Origin: Eledone cirrhosa
Taxonomy: Eukaryota
Assembly: GCA_964016885.1 (NCBI GenBank)
Contig: OZ024744.1
Span: 120,032,001-120,096,000 of the forward strand
Length of the DNA stretch: 64,000 nucleotides
Direction of reading: 5' to 3'
Shown here: piece after piece, positions 14,318 to 28,590 of the stretch
Numbering within the stretch: position 1 is the first letter of the stretch
How the letters are laid out: each line of letters opens with the position of its first letter
The notes under the pieces: generated by a model
Seen by the model: only the letters and a program-made list of their open reading frames with translations
The model's database searches: none
What the model was told of the DNA's origin: nothing
Position numbers and translations under genes: made by a program

Positions 14318-17300
14318 GAGATTCTTTCCTAAGACATTCTAACTCCATGTCCACAGTATCAGAGCTGTGGTCTCTCAATTTAGAGATTCTTTCCTGAGAT
14401 ATTCTGACTACATGTCATAGTATTAGAGATGTGATCTCTCAATTCAGAGATTCTTTCCTGAGACATTCTAACCACATGTCTGTAGTATCAGAGCTGTATG
14501 CTCTCAATTCAGAGATTCTTTCCTGAGACATTCTAACCACATGTCATCGTATCAGAGCTGTTATCTCTCAATTCATAGTTTCTTTCATGAGATATTCTAA
14601 CCACATGTCATAGTATCAGAGCTGTGATCTCTCAATTCAGAGATCCTTTCCGGGGATATTCTAACCTCATGTGATAGTATCAGAGCTGTGATCTCTCAAT
14701 TCAGAGATTCTTTCCTGAGACATTCAAACCACATGTCATAGTATTAGAGCTGTGATCTCTCAATTCAGAGATTCTTTCCTGAGACATTCTTACAACATGT
14801 CGTAGTATCAGAGCTGTGATCTCTCAATTTAGAGATTCTTTCCTGAGACATTCTAACCACATGTCATAGTATCAGAGCTGTGATCTCTCAATTCAGAGAT
14901 TCTTTCCTGAGACATTCTAACCACATGTCATAGTATCAGAGCTGTGATCTCTCAATTTAGATATTCTTTCCTGAGATATTCTAACCACATGTCATAGTAT
15001 TAGAGCTGTGATCTCTCAATTCAGAGGTTCTTTCCTGAGACATTCTAACCACATGTCATAATATCAGAGCTATGATCTCTCAATTCAGAGATTCTTTCCT
15101 GAGACATTCTAACCTCATGTCTGTAGTATCAGAGCTGTGATCTCTCAATTCAGAGATTCTTTCCTGATACATTCTCACCACATGTCATAGTATCAGAGCT
15201 GTGATCTCTCAATTCAGAGATTCTTTCCTGAGACATTCTAACCACGTCATAGTATCAGAGCTGTGATATCTCAATTCAGAGATTCTTTCCTGAGACATTC
15301 TAATCACATGTCATAGTATCAGAGCTGTGATCTCTCAATTTAGATATTCTTTCCTGAGATATTCTAACCACATGTGATAGTATTAGAGCTGTGATCTCTC
15401 AATTCAGAGGTTCTTTCCTGAGACATTCTAACCACATGTCTGTAGTATCAGAGCTGTGATCTCTCAATTAAGAGATTCTTTCCTGAGACATTCTAACCAC
15501 ATGTCATAGTATCAGGGCTGTGATCTCTCAATTCAGAGATTCTTTCCTGAGACATTCTAAACACATGTCATAGTATCAGAGCTGTGATCTCTTAATTTAG
15601 AGATTCTTTCATGAGATATTCTAACCACATGTCATAGTATCAGAGCTGTGATCTCTCAATTCAGAGATTCTTTCCTGAGACATTCTAACCACATGTCATA
15701 GTATCAGAGCTGTGATCTCTCAATTCAGAGATTCTTTCCTGAGACATTCTAACCACATGTCATAGTATCAGAGCTTTGATATCTCAATTCAGAGATTCTT
15801 TCCTGAGATATTCTAACCACATGTCATAGTATCAACGATGTCTTCTCTCAATTCAGAGATTCTTTCCTGAGACATTCTAACCACATGTCATAATATCAGA
15901 GCCGTGATCTCTTAATTTAGAGATTCTTTCATGAGATATTCTAACCACATATCATAGTATCAGATCTGTGATCTCTCAATTCAGAGATTCTTTCCTGAGA
16001 CATTCTAACCACATGTCATAGTATTAGAGCTGTGATCTCTCAATTCAGAGATTCTTTCCTGAGACATTCTAACCTCATGTCACAGTATCAGAGCTGTGAT
16101 CTCTCAATTCAGAGATTCTTTCCTGAGATATTCTAACCACATGTCATAGTATCAGAGCTGTGATCTCCCAATTCGGAGATTCTTTCCTGGGATATTCTAA
16201 CCACATGTCATAGTATCAGAGCTGTGATCTCTCAATTCAGATATTCCTTCCTGAGACATTAAAACCACATGTCATAGGATCAGAGTTGTGATCTCTCAAT
16301 TCAGAGATTCTTTCCTGAGATATTGTAACCACATGTCATAGTATCAGAGCTGTGATCTCTCAATTCAGAGATTCTTTCCTTAGATTTTCTAACCACATGT
16401 CATAGTATCAGAGCTGTGATCTCTCAATTCAGATATTCTTTCCTGAGACATTCTTACCACATGTCATAGTATCATAGCTGTGATATCTCAATTCAGAGAT
16501 TCTTTCCTGAGACATTCTAACCACATGTCATAGTATCAGAGCTGCTATCTCTCATTTCAGAGATTCTTTCTTGAGACATTCTAACTCCATGTCCACAGTA
16601 TCAGAGCTGTGAACTCTCAATTCAGAGATTCTTTCCTGAGACATTCTAACCACATGTCATATTATCAGAGTTGTGATCTCTCAATTCAGAGATTCGTCCC
16701 TGAGACATTCTAACCACATGTCATAGTTTCAGTGCTGTGATCTCTCAATTCAGAGATTCTTTCATGAGATATTCTAACCTCATATCATAGTATCAGAGCT
16801 GTGACCTCTCAATTCAGAGATTCTTTCCGGGGATATCCTAACCACATGTCATAGTATCAGAGTTGTGATCTCTCAATTCAGAGATTTTTTCCTGAGATAT
16901 TCTAAACACATGTCATAATATCATAGCTGTGATCGCTTAATTCAGAGAATCTTTCCTGAGACATTCAAACCACATGTCATAGTATTAGAGCTGTGATCTC
17001 TCAATTCAGAGATTCTTTCCAGAGACATTCTTACCACATGTCGTAGTATCAGAGCTGTGATCACTCAATTTAGAGATTCTTTCCTGAGACATTCTAACCA
17101 CATGTCATAGTATAAGAGCTGTGATCTCTCAGTTCAGAGATTCTTTCCTGAGACATTCTAACCACATGTCATAGTATCATAGCTGTGATCTCTCAATTTA
17201 GAGATTCTTTCATGAGATATTCTAACCACATGTCATAATATCAGAGCTGTGATATCTCAATTGAGAGATTCTTTCCTGAGACATTCTAACCACATGTCTA

Positions 17301-20300
17301 TAGTATCAGAACTGTGATCTCTCAATTCAGAGATTCTTTCCTGATACATTCTAACCACATGTCATAGTATCAGAGCTGTGATCTCTCAATTCAGAGATTC
17401 TTTCCTGAGACATTCTAACCACGTCATAGTATCAGAGCTGTGATATCTCAATTCAGAGATTCTTTCCTGAGACATACTAATCACATGTCATAGTATCAGA
17501 GCTGTGATCTCTCAATTTAGATATTCTTTCCTGAGATATTCTAACCACATGTCATTGTATTAGAGCTGTGATCTCTCAATTTCAGAGGTTCTTTCCTGAG
17601 ACATTCTAACCACATGTCTGTAGTATCAGAGCTGTGATCTCTTAATTTAGAGATGCTTTCATGAGATATTCTAACCACATGTCATAGTATTAGATCTGTG
17701 ATCTCTCAATTCAAAGATTCTTTCCTGAGACATTCTAACCACATGTCATAGTATCGGAGCTGTCATCTCTCAATTCAGAGATTCTTTCCTGAGACATTCT
17801 AACCACATGTCATAGTATCAGAGCTGTGATCTCTCAATTTAGAGATTCTTTCCTGAGATATTCTAATCACAGGTCATCGTATCATAGCTGTCATCTCTCA
17901 ATTCAGAGATTCTTTCCTGAGACATTCTAACCACATGTCATAGTATCAGAGCTGTGATCTCTCAATTCAGCGATTCTTTCCTGAGACATTCTAACCACAT
18001 GTAATAGTATTAGATCTGTGATCTCTCAATTTAGAGATTCTTTCCTAAGACATTCTAACTCCATGTCCACAGTATCAGAGCTGTGGTCTCTCAATTTAGA
18101 GATTCTTTCCTGAGATATTCTGACTACATGTCATAGTATTAGAGATGTGATCTCTCAATTCAGAGATTCTTTCCTTAGACATTCTAACCACATGTCTGTA
18201 GTATCAGAGCTGTATGCTCTCAATTCAGAGATTCTTTCCTGAGACATTCTAACCACATGTCATCGTATCAGACCTGTTATCTCTCAATTCATAGATTCTT
18301 TCATGAGATATTCTAACCACATGTCATAGTATCAGAGCTGTGATCTCTCAATTCAGAGATCCTTTCCGGGGATATTCTAACCTCATGTCATAGTATCAGA
18401 GCTGTGATCTCTCAATTCAGAGATTCTTTCCTGAGACATTCAAACCACATGTCATAGTATTAGAGCTGTGATCTCTCAATTCAGAGATTCTTTCCTGGGA
18501 CATTCTTACAACATGTCGTAGTATCAGAGCTGTGATCTCTCAATTTAGAGATTCTTTCCTGAGACATTCTAACCACATGTCATAGTATCAGAGCTGTGAT
18601 CTCTCAATTCAGAGATTCTTTCCTGAGACATTCTAACCACATGTCATAGTATCAGAGCTGTGATCTCTCAATTTAGAGATTCTTTCCTGAGACATTCTAA
18701 CCACATGTCATAGTATCAGAGCTGTCATCTCTCAATTCAGAGATTCTTTCCTGAGACATTCTAACCACATGTCATAGTATCAGAGCTGTGATCTCTCAAT
18801 TTAGACATTCTTTCCTGAGATATTCTAACCACATGTCATAGTATTAGAGCTGTGATCTCTCAATTCAGAGGTTCTTTCCTGAGACATTCTAACCACATGT
18901 CATAATATCAGAGCTATGATCTCTGAATTCAGAGATTCTTTCCTGAGACATTCTAACCTCATGTCTGTAGTATCAGAGCTGTGATCTCTCAATTCAGAGA
19001 TTCTTTCCTGATACATTCTCACCACATGTCATAGTATCAGAGCTGTGATCTCTCAATTCAGAGATTCTTTCCTGAGACATTCTAACCACGTCATAGTATC
19101 AGAGCTGTGATATCTCAATTCAGAGATTCTTTCCTGAGACATTCTAATCACATGTCATAGTATCAGAGCTGTGATCTCTCAATTTAGATATTCTTTCCTG
19201 AGATATTCTAACCACATGTCATAGTATTAGAGCTGTGATCTCTCAATTCAGAGGTTCTTTGCTGAGACATTCTAACCACATGTCTGTAGTATCAGAGCTG
19301 TGATCTCTCAATTAAGAGATTCTTTCCTAAGACATTCTAACTCCATGTCCACAGTATCAGAGCTGTGGTCTCTCAATTTAGAGATTCTTTCCTGAGATAT
19401 TCTGACTACATGTCATAGTATTAGAGATGTGATCTCTCAATTCAGAGATTCTTTCCTGAGACATTCTAACCACATGTCTGTAGTATCAGAGCTGTATGCT
19501 CTCAATTCAGAGATTCTTTCCTGAGACATTCTAACCACATGTCATCGTATCAGAGCTGTTATCTCTCAATTCATAGTTTCTTTCATGAGATATTCTAACC
19601 ACATGTCATAGTATCAGAGCTGTGATCTCTCAATTCAGAGATCCTTTCCGGGGATATTCTAACCTCATGTGATAGTATCAGAGCTGTGATCTCTCAATTC
19701 AGAGATTCTTTCCTGAGACATTCAAACCACATGTCATAGTATTAGAGCTGTGATCTCTCAATTCAGAGATTCTTTCCTGAGACATTCTTACAACATGTCG
19801 TAGTATCAGAGCTGTGATCTCTCAATTTAGAGATTCTTTCCTGAGACATTCTAACCACATGTCATAGTATCAGAGCTGTGATCTCTCAATTCAGAGATTC
19901 TTTCCTGAGACATTCTAACCACATGTCATAGTATCAGAGCTGTGATCTCTCAATTTAGATATTCTTTCCTGAGATATTCTAACCACATGTCATAGTATTA
20001 GAGCTGTGATCTCTCAATTCAGAGGTTCTTTCCTGAGACATTCTAACCACATGTCATAATATCAGAGCTATGATCTCTCAATTCAGAGATTCTTTCCTGA
20101 GACATTCTAACCTCATGTCTGTAGTATCAGAGCTGTGATCTCTCAATTCAGAGATTCTTTCCTGATACATTCTCACCACATGTCATAGTATCAGAGCTGT
20201 GATCTCTCAATTCAGAGATTCTTTCCTGAGACATTCTAACCACGTCATAGTATCAGAGCTGTGATATCTCAATTCAGAGATTCTTTCCTGAGACATTCTA

Positions 20301-23300
20301 ATCACATGTCATAGTATCAGAGCTGTGATCTCTCAATTTAGATATTCTTTCCTGAGATATTCTAACCACATGTGATAGTATTAGAGCTGTGATCTCTCAA
20401 TTCAGAGGTTCTTTCCTGAGACATTCTAACCACATGTCTGTAGTATCAGAGCTGTGATCTCTCAATTAAGAGATTCTTTCCTGAGACATTCTAACCACAT
20501 GTCATAGTATCAGGGCTGTGATCTCTCAATTCAGAGATTCTTTCCTGAGACATTCTAAACACATGTCATAGTATCAGAGCTGTGATCTCTTAATTTAGAG
20601 ATTCTTTCATGAGATATTCTAACCACATGTCATAGTATCAGAGCTGTGATCTCTCAATTCAGAGATTCTTTCCTGAGACATTCTAACCACATGTCATAGT
20701 ATCAGAGCTGTGATCTCTCAATTCAGAGATTCTTTCCTGAGACATTCTAACCACATGTCATAGTATCAGAGCTTTGATATCTCAATTCAGAGATTCTTTC
20801 CTGAGATATTCTAACCACATGTCATAGTATCAACGATGTCTTCTCTCAATTCAGAGATTCTTTCCTGAGACATTCTAACCACATGTCATAATATCAGAGC
20901 CGTGATCTCTTAATTTAGAGATTCTTTCATGAGATATTCTAACCACATATCATAGTATCAGATCTGTGATCTCTCAATTCAGAGATTCTTTCCTGAGACA
21001 TTCTAACCACATGTCATAGTATTAGAGCTGTGATCTCTCAATTCAGAGATTCTTTCCTGAGACATTCTAACCTCATGTCACAGTATCAGAGCTGTGATCT
21101 CTCAATTCAGAGATTCTTTCCTGAGATATTCTAACCACATGTCATAGTATCAGAGCTGTGATCTCCCAATTCGGAGATTCTTTCCTGGGATATTCTAACC
21201 ACATGTCATAGTATCAGAGCTGTGATCTCTCAATTCAGATATTCCTTCCTGAGACATTAAAACCACATGTCATAGGATCAGAGTTGTGATCTCTCAATTC
21301 AGAGATTCTTTCCTGAGATATTGTAACCACATGTCATAGTATCAGAGCTGTGATCTCTCAATTCAGAGATTCTTTCCTTAGATTTTCTAACCACATGTCA
21401 TAGTATCAGAGCTGTGATCTCTCAATTCAGATATTCTTTCCTGAGACATTCTTACCACATGTCATAGTATCATAGCTGTGATATCTCAATTCAGAGATTC
21501 TTTCCTGAGACATTCTAACCACATGTCATAGTATCAGAGCTGCTATCTCTCATTTCAGAGATTCTTTCTTGAGACATTCTAACTCCATGTCCACAGTATC
21601 AGAGCTGTGAACTCTCAATTCAGAGATTCTTTCCTGAGACATTCTAACCACATGTCATATTATCAGAGTTGTGATCTCTCAATTCAGAGATTCGTCCCTG
21701 AGACATTCTAACCACATGTCATAGTTTCAGTGCTGTGATCTCTCAATTCAGAGATTCTTTCATGAGATATTCTAACCTCATATCATAGTATCAGAGCTGT
21801 GACCTCTCAATTCAGAGATTCTTTCCGGGGATATCCTAACCACATGTCATAGTATCAGAGTTGTGATCTCTCAATTCAGAGATTTTTTCCTGAGATATTC
21901 TAAACACATGTCATAATATCATAGCTGTGATCGCTTAATTCAGAGAATCTTTCCTGAGACATTCAAACCACATGTCATAGTATTAGAGCTGTGATCTCTC
22001 AATTCAGAGATTCTTTCCAGAGACATTCTTACCACATGTCGTAGTATCAGAGCTGTGATCACTCAATTTAGAGATTCTTTCCTGAGACATTCTAACCACA
22101 TGTCATAGTATAAGAGCTGTGATCTCTCAGTTCAGAGATTCTTTCCTGAGACATTCTAACCACATGTCATAGTATCATAGCTGTGATCTCTCAATTTAGA
22201 GATTCTTTCATGAGATATTCTAACCACATGTCATAATATCAGAGCTGTGATATCTCAATTGAGAGATTCTTTCCTGAGACATTCTAACCACATGTCTATA
22301 GTATCAGAACTGTGATCTCTCAATTCAGAGATTCTTTCCTGATACATTCTAACCACATGTCATAGTATCAGAGCTGTGATCTCTCAATTCAGAGATTCTT
22401 TCCTGAGACATTCTAACCACGTCATAGTATCAGAGCTGTGATATCTCAATTCAGAGATTCTTTCCTGAGACATACTAATCACATGTCATAGTATCAGAGC
22501 TGTGATCTCTCAATTTAGATATTCTTTCCTGAGATATTCTAACCACATGTCATTGTATTAGAGCTGTGATCTCTCAATTTCAGAGGTTCTTTCCTGAGAC
22601 ATTCTAACCACATGTCTGTAGTATCAGAGCTGTGATCTCTTAATTTAGAGATGCTTTCATGAGATATTCTAACCACATGTCATAGTATTAGATCTGTGAT
22701 CTCTCAATTCAAAGATTCTTTCCTGAGACATTCTAACCACATGTCATAGTATCGGAGCTGTCATCTCTCAATTCAGAGATTCTTTCCTGAGACATTCTAA
22801 CCACATGTCATAGTATCAGAGCTGTGATCTCTCAATTTAGAGATTCTTTCCTGAGATATTCTAATCACAGGTCATCGTATCATAGCTGTCATCTCTCAAT
22901 TCAGAGATTCTTTCCTGAGACATTCTAACCACATGTCATAGTATCAGAGCTGTGATCTCTCAATTCAGCGATTCTTTCCTGAGACATTCTAACCACATGT
23001 AATAGTATTAGATCTGTGATCTCTCAATTTAGAGATTCTTTCCTAAGACATTCTAACTCCATGTCCACAGTATCAGAGCTGTGGTCTCTCAATTTAGAGA
23101 TTCTTTCCTGAGATATTCTGACTACATGTCATAGTATTAGAGATGTGATCTCTCAATTCAGAGATTCTTTCCTTAGACATTCTAACCACATGTCTGTAGT
23201 ATCAGAGCTGTATGCTCTCAATTCAGAGATTCTTTCCTGAGACATTCTAACCACATGTCATCGTATCAGACCTGTTATCTCTCAATTCATAGATTCTTTC

Positions 23301-24313
23301 ATGAGATATTCTAACCACATGTCATAGTATCAGAGCTGTGATCTCTCAATTCAGAGATCCTTTCCGGGGATATTCTAACCTCATGTCATAGTATCAGAGC
23401 TGTGATCTCTCAATTCAGAGATTCTTTCCTGAGACATTCAAACCACATGTCATAGTATTAGAGCTGTGATCTCTCAATTCAGAGATTCTTTCCTGGGACA
23501 TTCTTACAACATGTCGTAGTATCAGAGCTGTGATCTCTCAATTTAGAGATTCTTTCCTGAGACATTCTAACCACATGTCATAGTATCAGAGCTGTGATCT
23601 CTCAATTCAGAGATTCTTTCCTGAGACATTCTAACCACATGTCATAGTATCAGAGCTGTGATCTCTCAATTTAGAGATTCTTTCCTGAGACATTCTAACC
23701 ACATGTCATAGTATCAGAGCTGTCATCTCTCAATTCAGAGATTCTTTCCTGAGACATTCTAACCACATGTCATAGTATCAGAGCTGTGATCTCTCAATTT
23801 AGACATTCTTTCCTGAGATATTCTAACCACATGTCATAGTATTAGAGCTGTGATCTCTCAATTCAGAGGTTCTTTCCTGAGACATTCTAACCACATGTCA
23901 TAATATCAGAGCTATGATCTCTGAATTCAGAGATTCTTTCCTGAGACATTCTAACCTCATGTCTGTAGTATCAGAGCTGTGATCTCTCAATTCAGAGATT
24001 CTTTCCTGATACATTCTCACCACATGTCATAGTATCAGAGCTGTGATCTCTCAATTCAGAGATTCTTTCCTGAGACATTCTAACCACGTCATAGTATCAG
24101 AGCTGTGATATCTCAATTCAGAGATTCTTTCCTGAGACATTCTAATCACATGTCATAGTATCAGAGCTGTGATCTCTCAATTTAGATATTCTTTCCTGAG
24201 ATATTCTAACCACATGTCATAGTATTAGAGCTGTGATCTCTCAATTCAGAGGTTCTTTGCTGAGACATTCTAACCACATGTCTGTAGTATCAGAGCTGTG
24301 ATCTCTCAATTAA
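14318..24313 (+). repeat. Near-perfect tandem duplication of 4998 bp (78 monomers), junction about 19315-19328
   Basis: Markers at a constant 4998 offset: ATCAACGATG 15831/20829, TCGTCCC 16694/21692, CATACTAA 17473/22471, CGATTC 17971/22969, ATCTCTGAATTC 18919/23917, AATTAAGAG 19310/24308. Confidence 0.95.
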
Positions 24314-27300
24314 GAGATTCTTTCCTGAGACATTCTAACCACATGTCATAGTATCAGGGCTGTGATCTCTCAATTCAGAGATTCTTTCCTGAGACATTCT
24401 AAACACATGTCATAGTATCAGAGCTGTGATCTCTTAATTTAGAGATTCTTTCATGAGATATTCTAACCACATGTCATAGTATCAGAGCTGTGATCTCTCA
24501 ATTCAGAGATTCTTTCCTGAGACATTCTAACCACATGTCATAGTATCAGAGCTGTGATCTCTTAATTCAGAGATTCTTTCCTGAGACATTCTAACCACAT
24601 GTCATAGTATCAGAGCTTTGATATCTCAATTCAGAGATTCTTTCCTGAAATATTCTAACCACATGTCATAGTATCAGCGATGTCTTCTCTCAATTCAGAG
24701 ATTCTTTCCTGAGACATTCTAACCACATGTCATAATATCAGAGCCGTGATCTCTTAATTTAGAGATTCTTTCATGAGATATTCTAACCACATATCATAGT
24801 ATCAGATCTGTGATCTCTCAATTCAGAGATTCTTTCCTGAGACATTCTAACCACATGTCATAGTATTAGAGCTGTGATCTCTCAATTCAGAGATTCTTTC
24901 CTGAGACGTTCTAACCACATGTCACAGTATCAGAGCTGTGATCTCTCAATTCAGAGATTCTTTCCTCAGACATTCTAACCACATCTCATAGTATCGGAGC
25001 TGTGATCTCTCAATTCAGAGATTCTTTCCTGAGACATTCTAACCACATGTCATAGTATCAGATCTGTGATCTCTTAATTTAGAGATTCTTTCATGAGATA
25101 TTCTAACCACATGTCATAGTATCAGGGCTGTGATCTCTCAATTCAGAGATTCTTTCCTGAGACATTCTTACCACATGTCGTAGTATCAGAGCTGTGACCT
25201 CTCAATTTAGAGATTCTTTCCTGAGACATTCTAACCACATGTCATAGTATCAGAGCTGTGATCTCTTAATTTAGAGATTCTTTCATGAGATATTCTAACC
25301 ACATGTCATAGTATCAGGGCTGTGATCTCTCAATTCAGAGATTCTTTCCTGAGACATTCTAACCACATGTCATAGTATCAGAGCTGTGATCTCTTAATTT
25401 AGAGATGCTTTCATGAGATATTCTAACCACATGTCATAGTATCAGATCTGTGATCTCTCAATTCAGAGATTCTTTCCTGAGACATTCTAACCACATGACA
25501 TAGTATCGGAGCTGTCATCTCTCAATTCAGAGATTCTTTCCTGAGACATTCTAACCACATGTCATAGTATCAGAGCTGTGATCTCTCAATTTAGAGATTC
25601 TTTCCTGAGATATTCTAATCACATGTCATAGTATCATAGCTGTCATCTCTCAGTTCAGAGATTCTTTCCTGAGACATTCTAACCACATGTCATAGTATCA
25701 TAGCTGTGATCTCTCAATTTAGAGATTCTTTCATGAGATATTCTAACCACATGTCATAATATCAGAGCTGTGATATCTCAATTGAGAGTGTCTTTCCTGA
25801 GACATTCTAACCACATGTCTATAGTATCAGAACTGTGATCTCTCAATTCAGAGATTCTTTCCTGATACATTCTAACCACATGTCATAGTATCAGAGCTGT
25901 GATCTCTCAATTCAGAGATTCTTTCCTGAGACATTCTAACCACGTCATAGTATCAGAGCTGTGATATCTCAATTCAGAGATTCTTTCCTGAGACATTCTA
26001 ATCACATGTCATAGTATCAGAGCTGTGATCTCTCAATTTAGATATTCTTTCCTGAGATATTCTAACCACATGTCATTGTATTAGAGCTGTGATCTCTCAA
26101 TTTCAGAGGTTCTTTCCTGAGACATTCTAACCACATGTCTGTAGTATCAGAGCTGTGATCTCTTAATTTAGAGATGCTTTCATGAGATATTCTAACCACA
26201 TGTCATAGTATTAGATCTGTGATCTCTCAATTCAAAGATTCTTTCCTGAGACATTCTAACCACATGTCATAGTATCGGAGCTGTCATCTCTCAATTCAGA
26301 GATTCTTTCCTGAGACATTCTAACCACATGTCATAGTATCAGAGCTGTGATCTCTCAATTTAGAGATTCTTTCCTGAGATATTCTAATCACAGGTCATCG
26401 TATCATAGCTGTCATCTCTCAATTCAGAGATTCTTTCCTGAGACATTCTAACCACATGTCATAGTATCAGAGCTGTGATCTCTCAATTCAGAGATTCTTT
26501 CCTGAGACATTCTAACCACATGTAATAGTATTAGATCTGTGATCTCTCAATTTAGAGATTCTTTCCTAAGACATTCTAACTCCATGTCCACAGTATCAGA
26601 GCTGTGGTCTCTCAATTTAGAGATTCTTTCCTGAGATATTCTGACTACATGTCATAGTATTAGAGATGTGATCTCTCAATTCAGAGATTCTTTCCTTAGA
26701 CATTCTAACCACATGTCTGTAGTATCAGAGCTGTATGCTCTCAATTCAGAGATTCTTTCCTGAGACATTCTAACCACATGTCATCGTATCAGACCTGTTA
26801 TCTCTCAATTCATAGATTCTTTCATGAGATATTCTAACCACATGTCATAGTATCAGAGCTGTGATCTCTCAATTCAGAGATCCTTTCCGGGGATATTCTA
26901 ACCTCATGTCATAGTATCAGAGCTGTGATCTCTCAATTCAGAGATTCTTTCCTGAGACATTCAAACCACATGTCATAGTATTAGAGCTGTGATCTCTCAA
27001 TTCAGAGATTCTTTCCTGGGACATTCTTACAACATGTCGTAGTATCAGAGCTGTGATCTCTCAATTTAGAGATTCTTTCCTGAGACATTCTAACCACATG
27101 TCATAGTATCAGAGCTGTGATCTCTCAATTCAGAGATTCTTTCCTGAGACATTCTAACCACATGTCATAGTATCAGAGCTGTGATATCTCAATTGAGAGA
27201 TTCTTTCCTGAGATATTTTAACCACATATCATAGTATCAGAGCTGTCATCTCTCAATTCAGAGATTCTTTCCTGAGACATTCTAACCACATGTCATAGTA

Positions 27301-28590
27301 TCAGAGCTGTGATCTCTCAATTTAGATATTCTTTCCTGAGATATTCTAACCACATGTCATAGTATTAGAGCTGTGATCTCTCAATTCAGAGGTTCTTTCC
27401 TGAGACATTCTAACCACATGTCATAATATCAGAGCTATGATCTCTGAATTCAGAGATTCTTTCCTGAGACATTCTAACCTCATGTCTGTAGTATCAGAGC
27501 TGTGATCTCTCAATTCAGAGATTCTTTCCTGATACATTCTCACCACATGTCATAGTATCAGAGCTGTGATCTCTCAATTCAGAGATTCTTTCCTGAGACA
27601 TTCTAACCACGTCATAGTATCAGAGCTGTGATATCTCAATTCAGAGATTCTTTCCTGAGACATTCTAATCACATGTCATAGTATCAGAGCTGTGATCTCT
27701 CAATTTAGATATTCTTTCCTGAGATATTCTAACCACATGTCATAGTATTAGAGCTGTGATCTCTCAATTCAGAGGTTCTTTGCTGAGACATTCTAACCAC
27801 ATGTCTGTAGTATCAGAGCTGTGATCTCTCAATTAAGAGATTCTTTCCTGAGACATTCTAACCACATGTCATAGTATCAGGGCTGTGATCTCTCAATTCA
27901 GAGATTCTTTCCTGAGACATTCTAAACACATGTCATAGTATCAGAGCTGTGATCTCTTAATTTAGAGATTCTTTTATGAGATATTCTAACCACATGTCAT
28001 AGTATCAGAGCTGTGATCTCTCAATTCAGAGATTCTTTCCTGAGACATTCTAACCACATGTCATAGTATCAGAGCTGTGATCTCTTAATTCAGAGATTCT
28101 TTCCTGTGACATTCTAACCACATGTCATAGTATCAGAGCTTTGATATCTCAATTCAGAGATTCTTTCCTGAGATATTCTAAGCACATGTCATAGTATCAG
28201 CGATGTCTTCTCTCAATTCAGAGATTCTTTCCTGAGACATTCTAACCACATGTCATAATATCAGAGCCGTGATCTCTTAATTTAGAGATTCTTTCATGAG
28301 ATATTCTAACCACATATCATAGTATCAGATCTGTGATCTCTCAATTCAGAGATTCTTTCCTGAGACATTCTAACCACATGTCATAGTATTAGAGCTGTGA
28401 TCTCTCAATTCAGAGATTCTTTCCTGAGACGTTCTAACCACATGTCACAGTATCAGAGCTGTGATCTCTCAATTCAGAGATTCTTTCCTCAGACATTCTA
28501 ACCACATCTCATAGTATCGGAGCTGTGATCTCTCAATTCAGAGATTCTTTCCTGAGACATTCTAACCACATGTCATAGTATCAGATCTGT
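22130..28590 (+). repeat. Higher-order duplication, offset 3523 bp (55 monomers); ~22130-25070 matches ~25650-28590
   Basis: AGACCTGTT 23268/26791, GGTTCTTTGCTG 24251/27774, CGATGTCTT 24678/28201, ATCTCTGAATTC 23917/27440. Confidence 0.9.
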
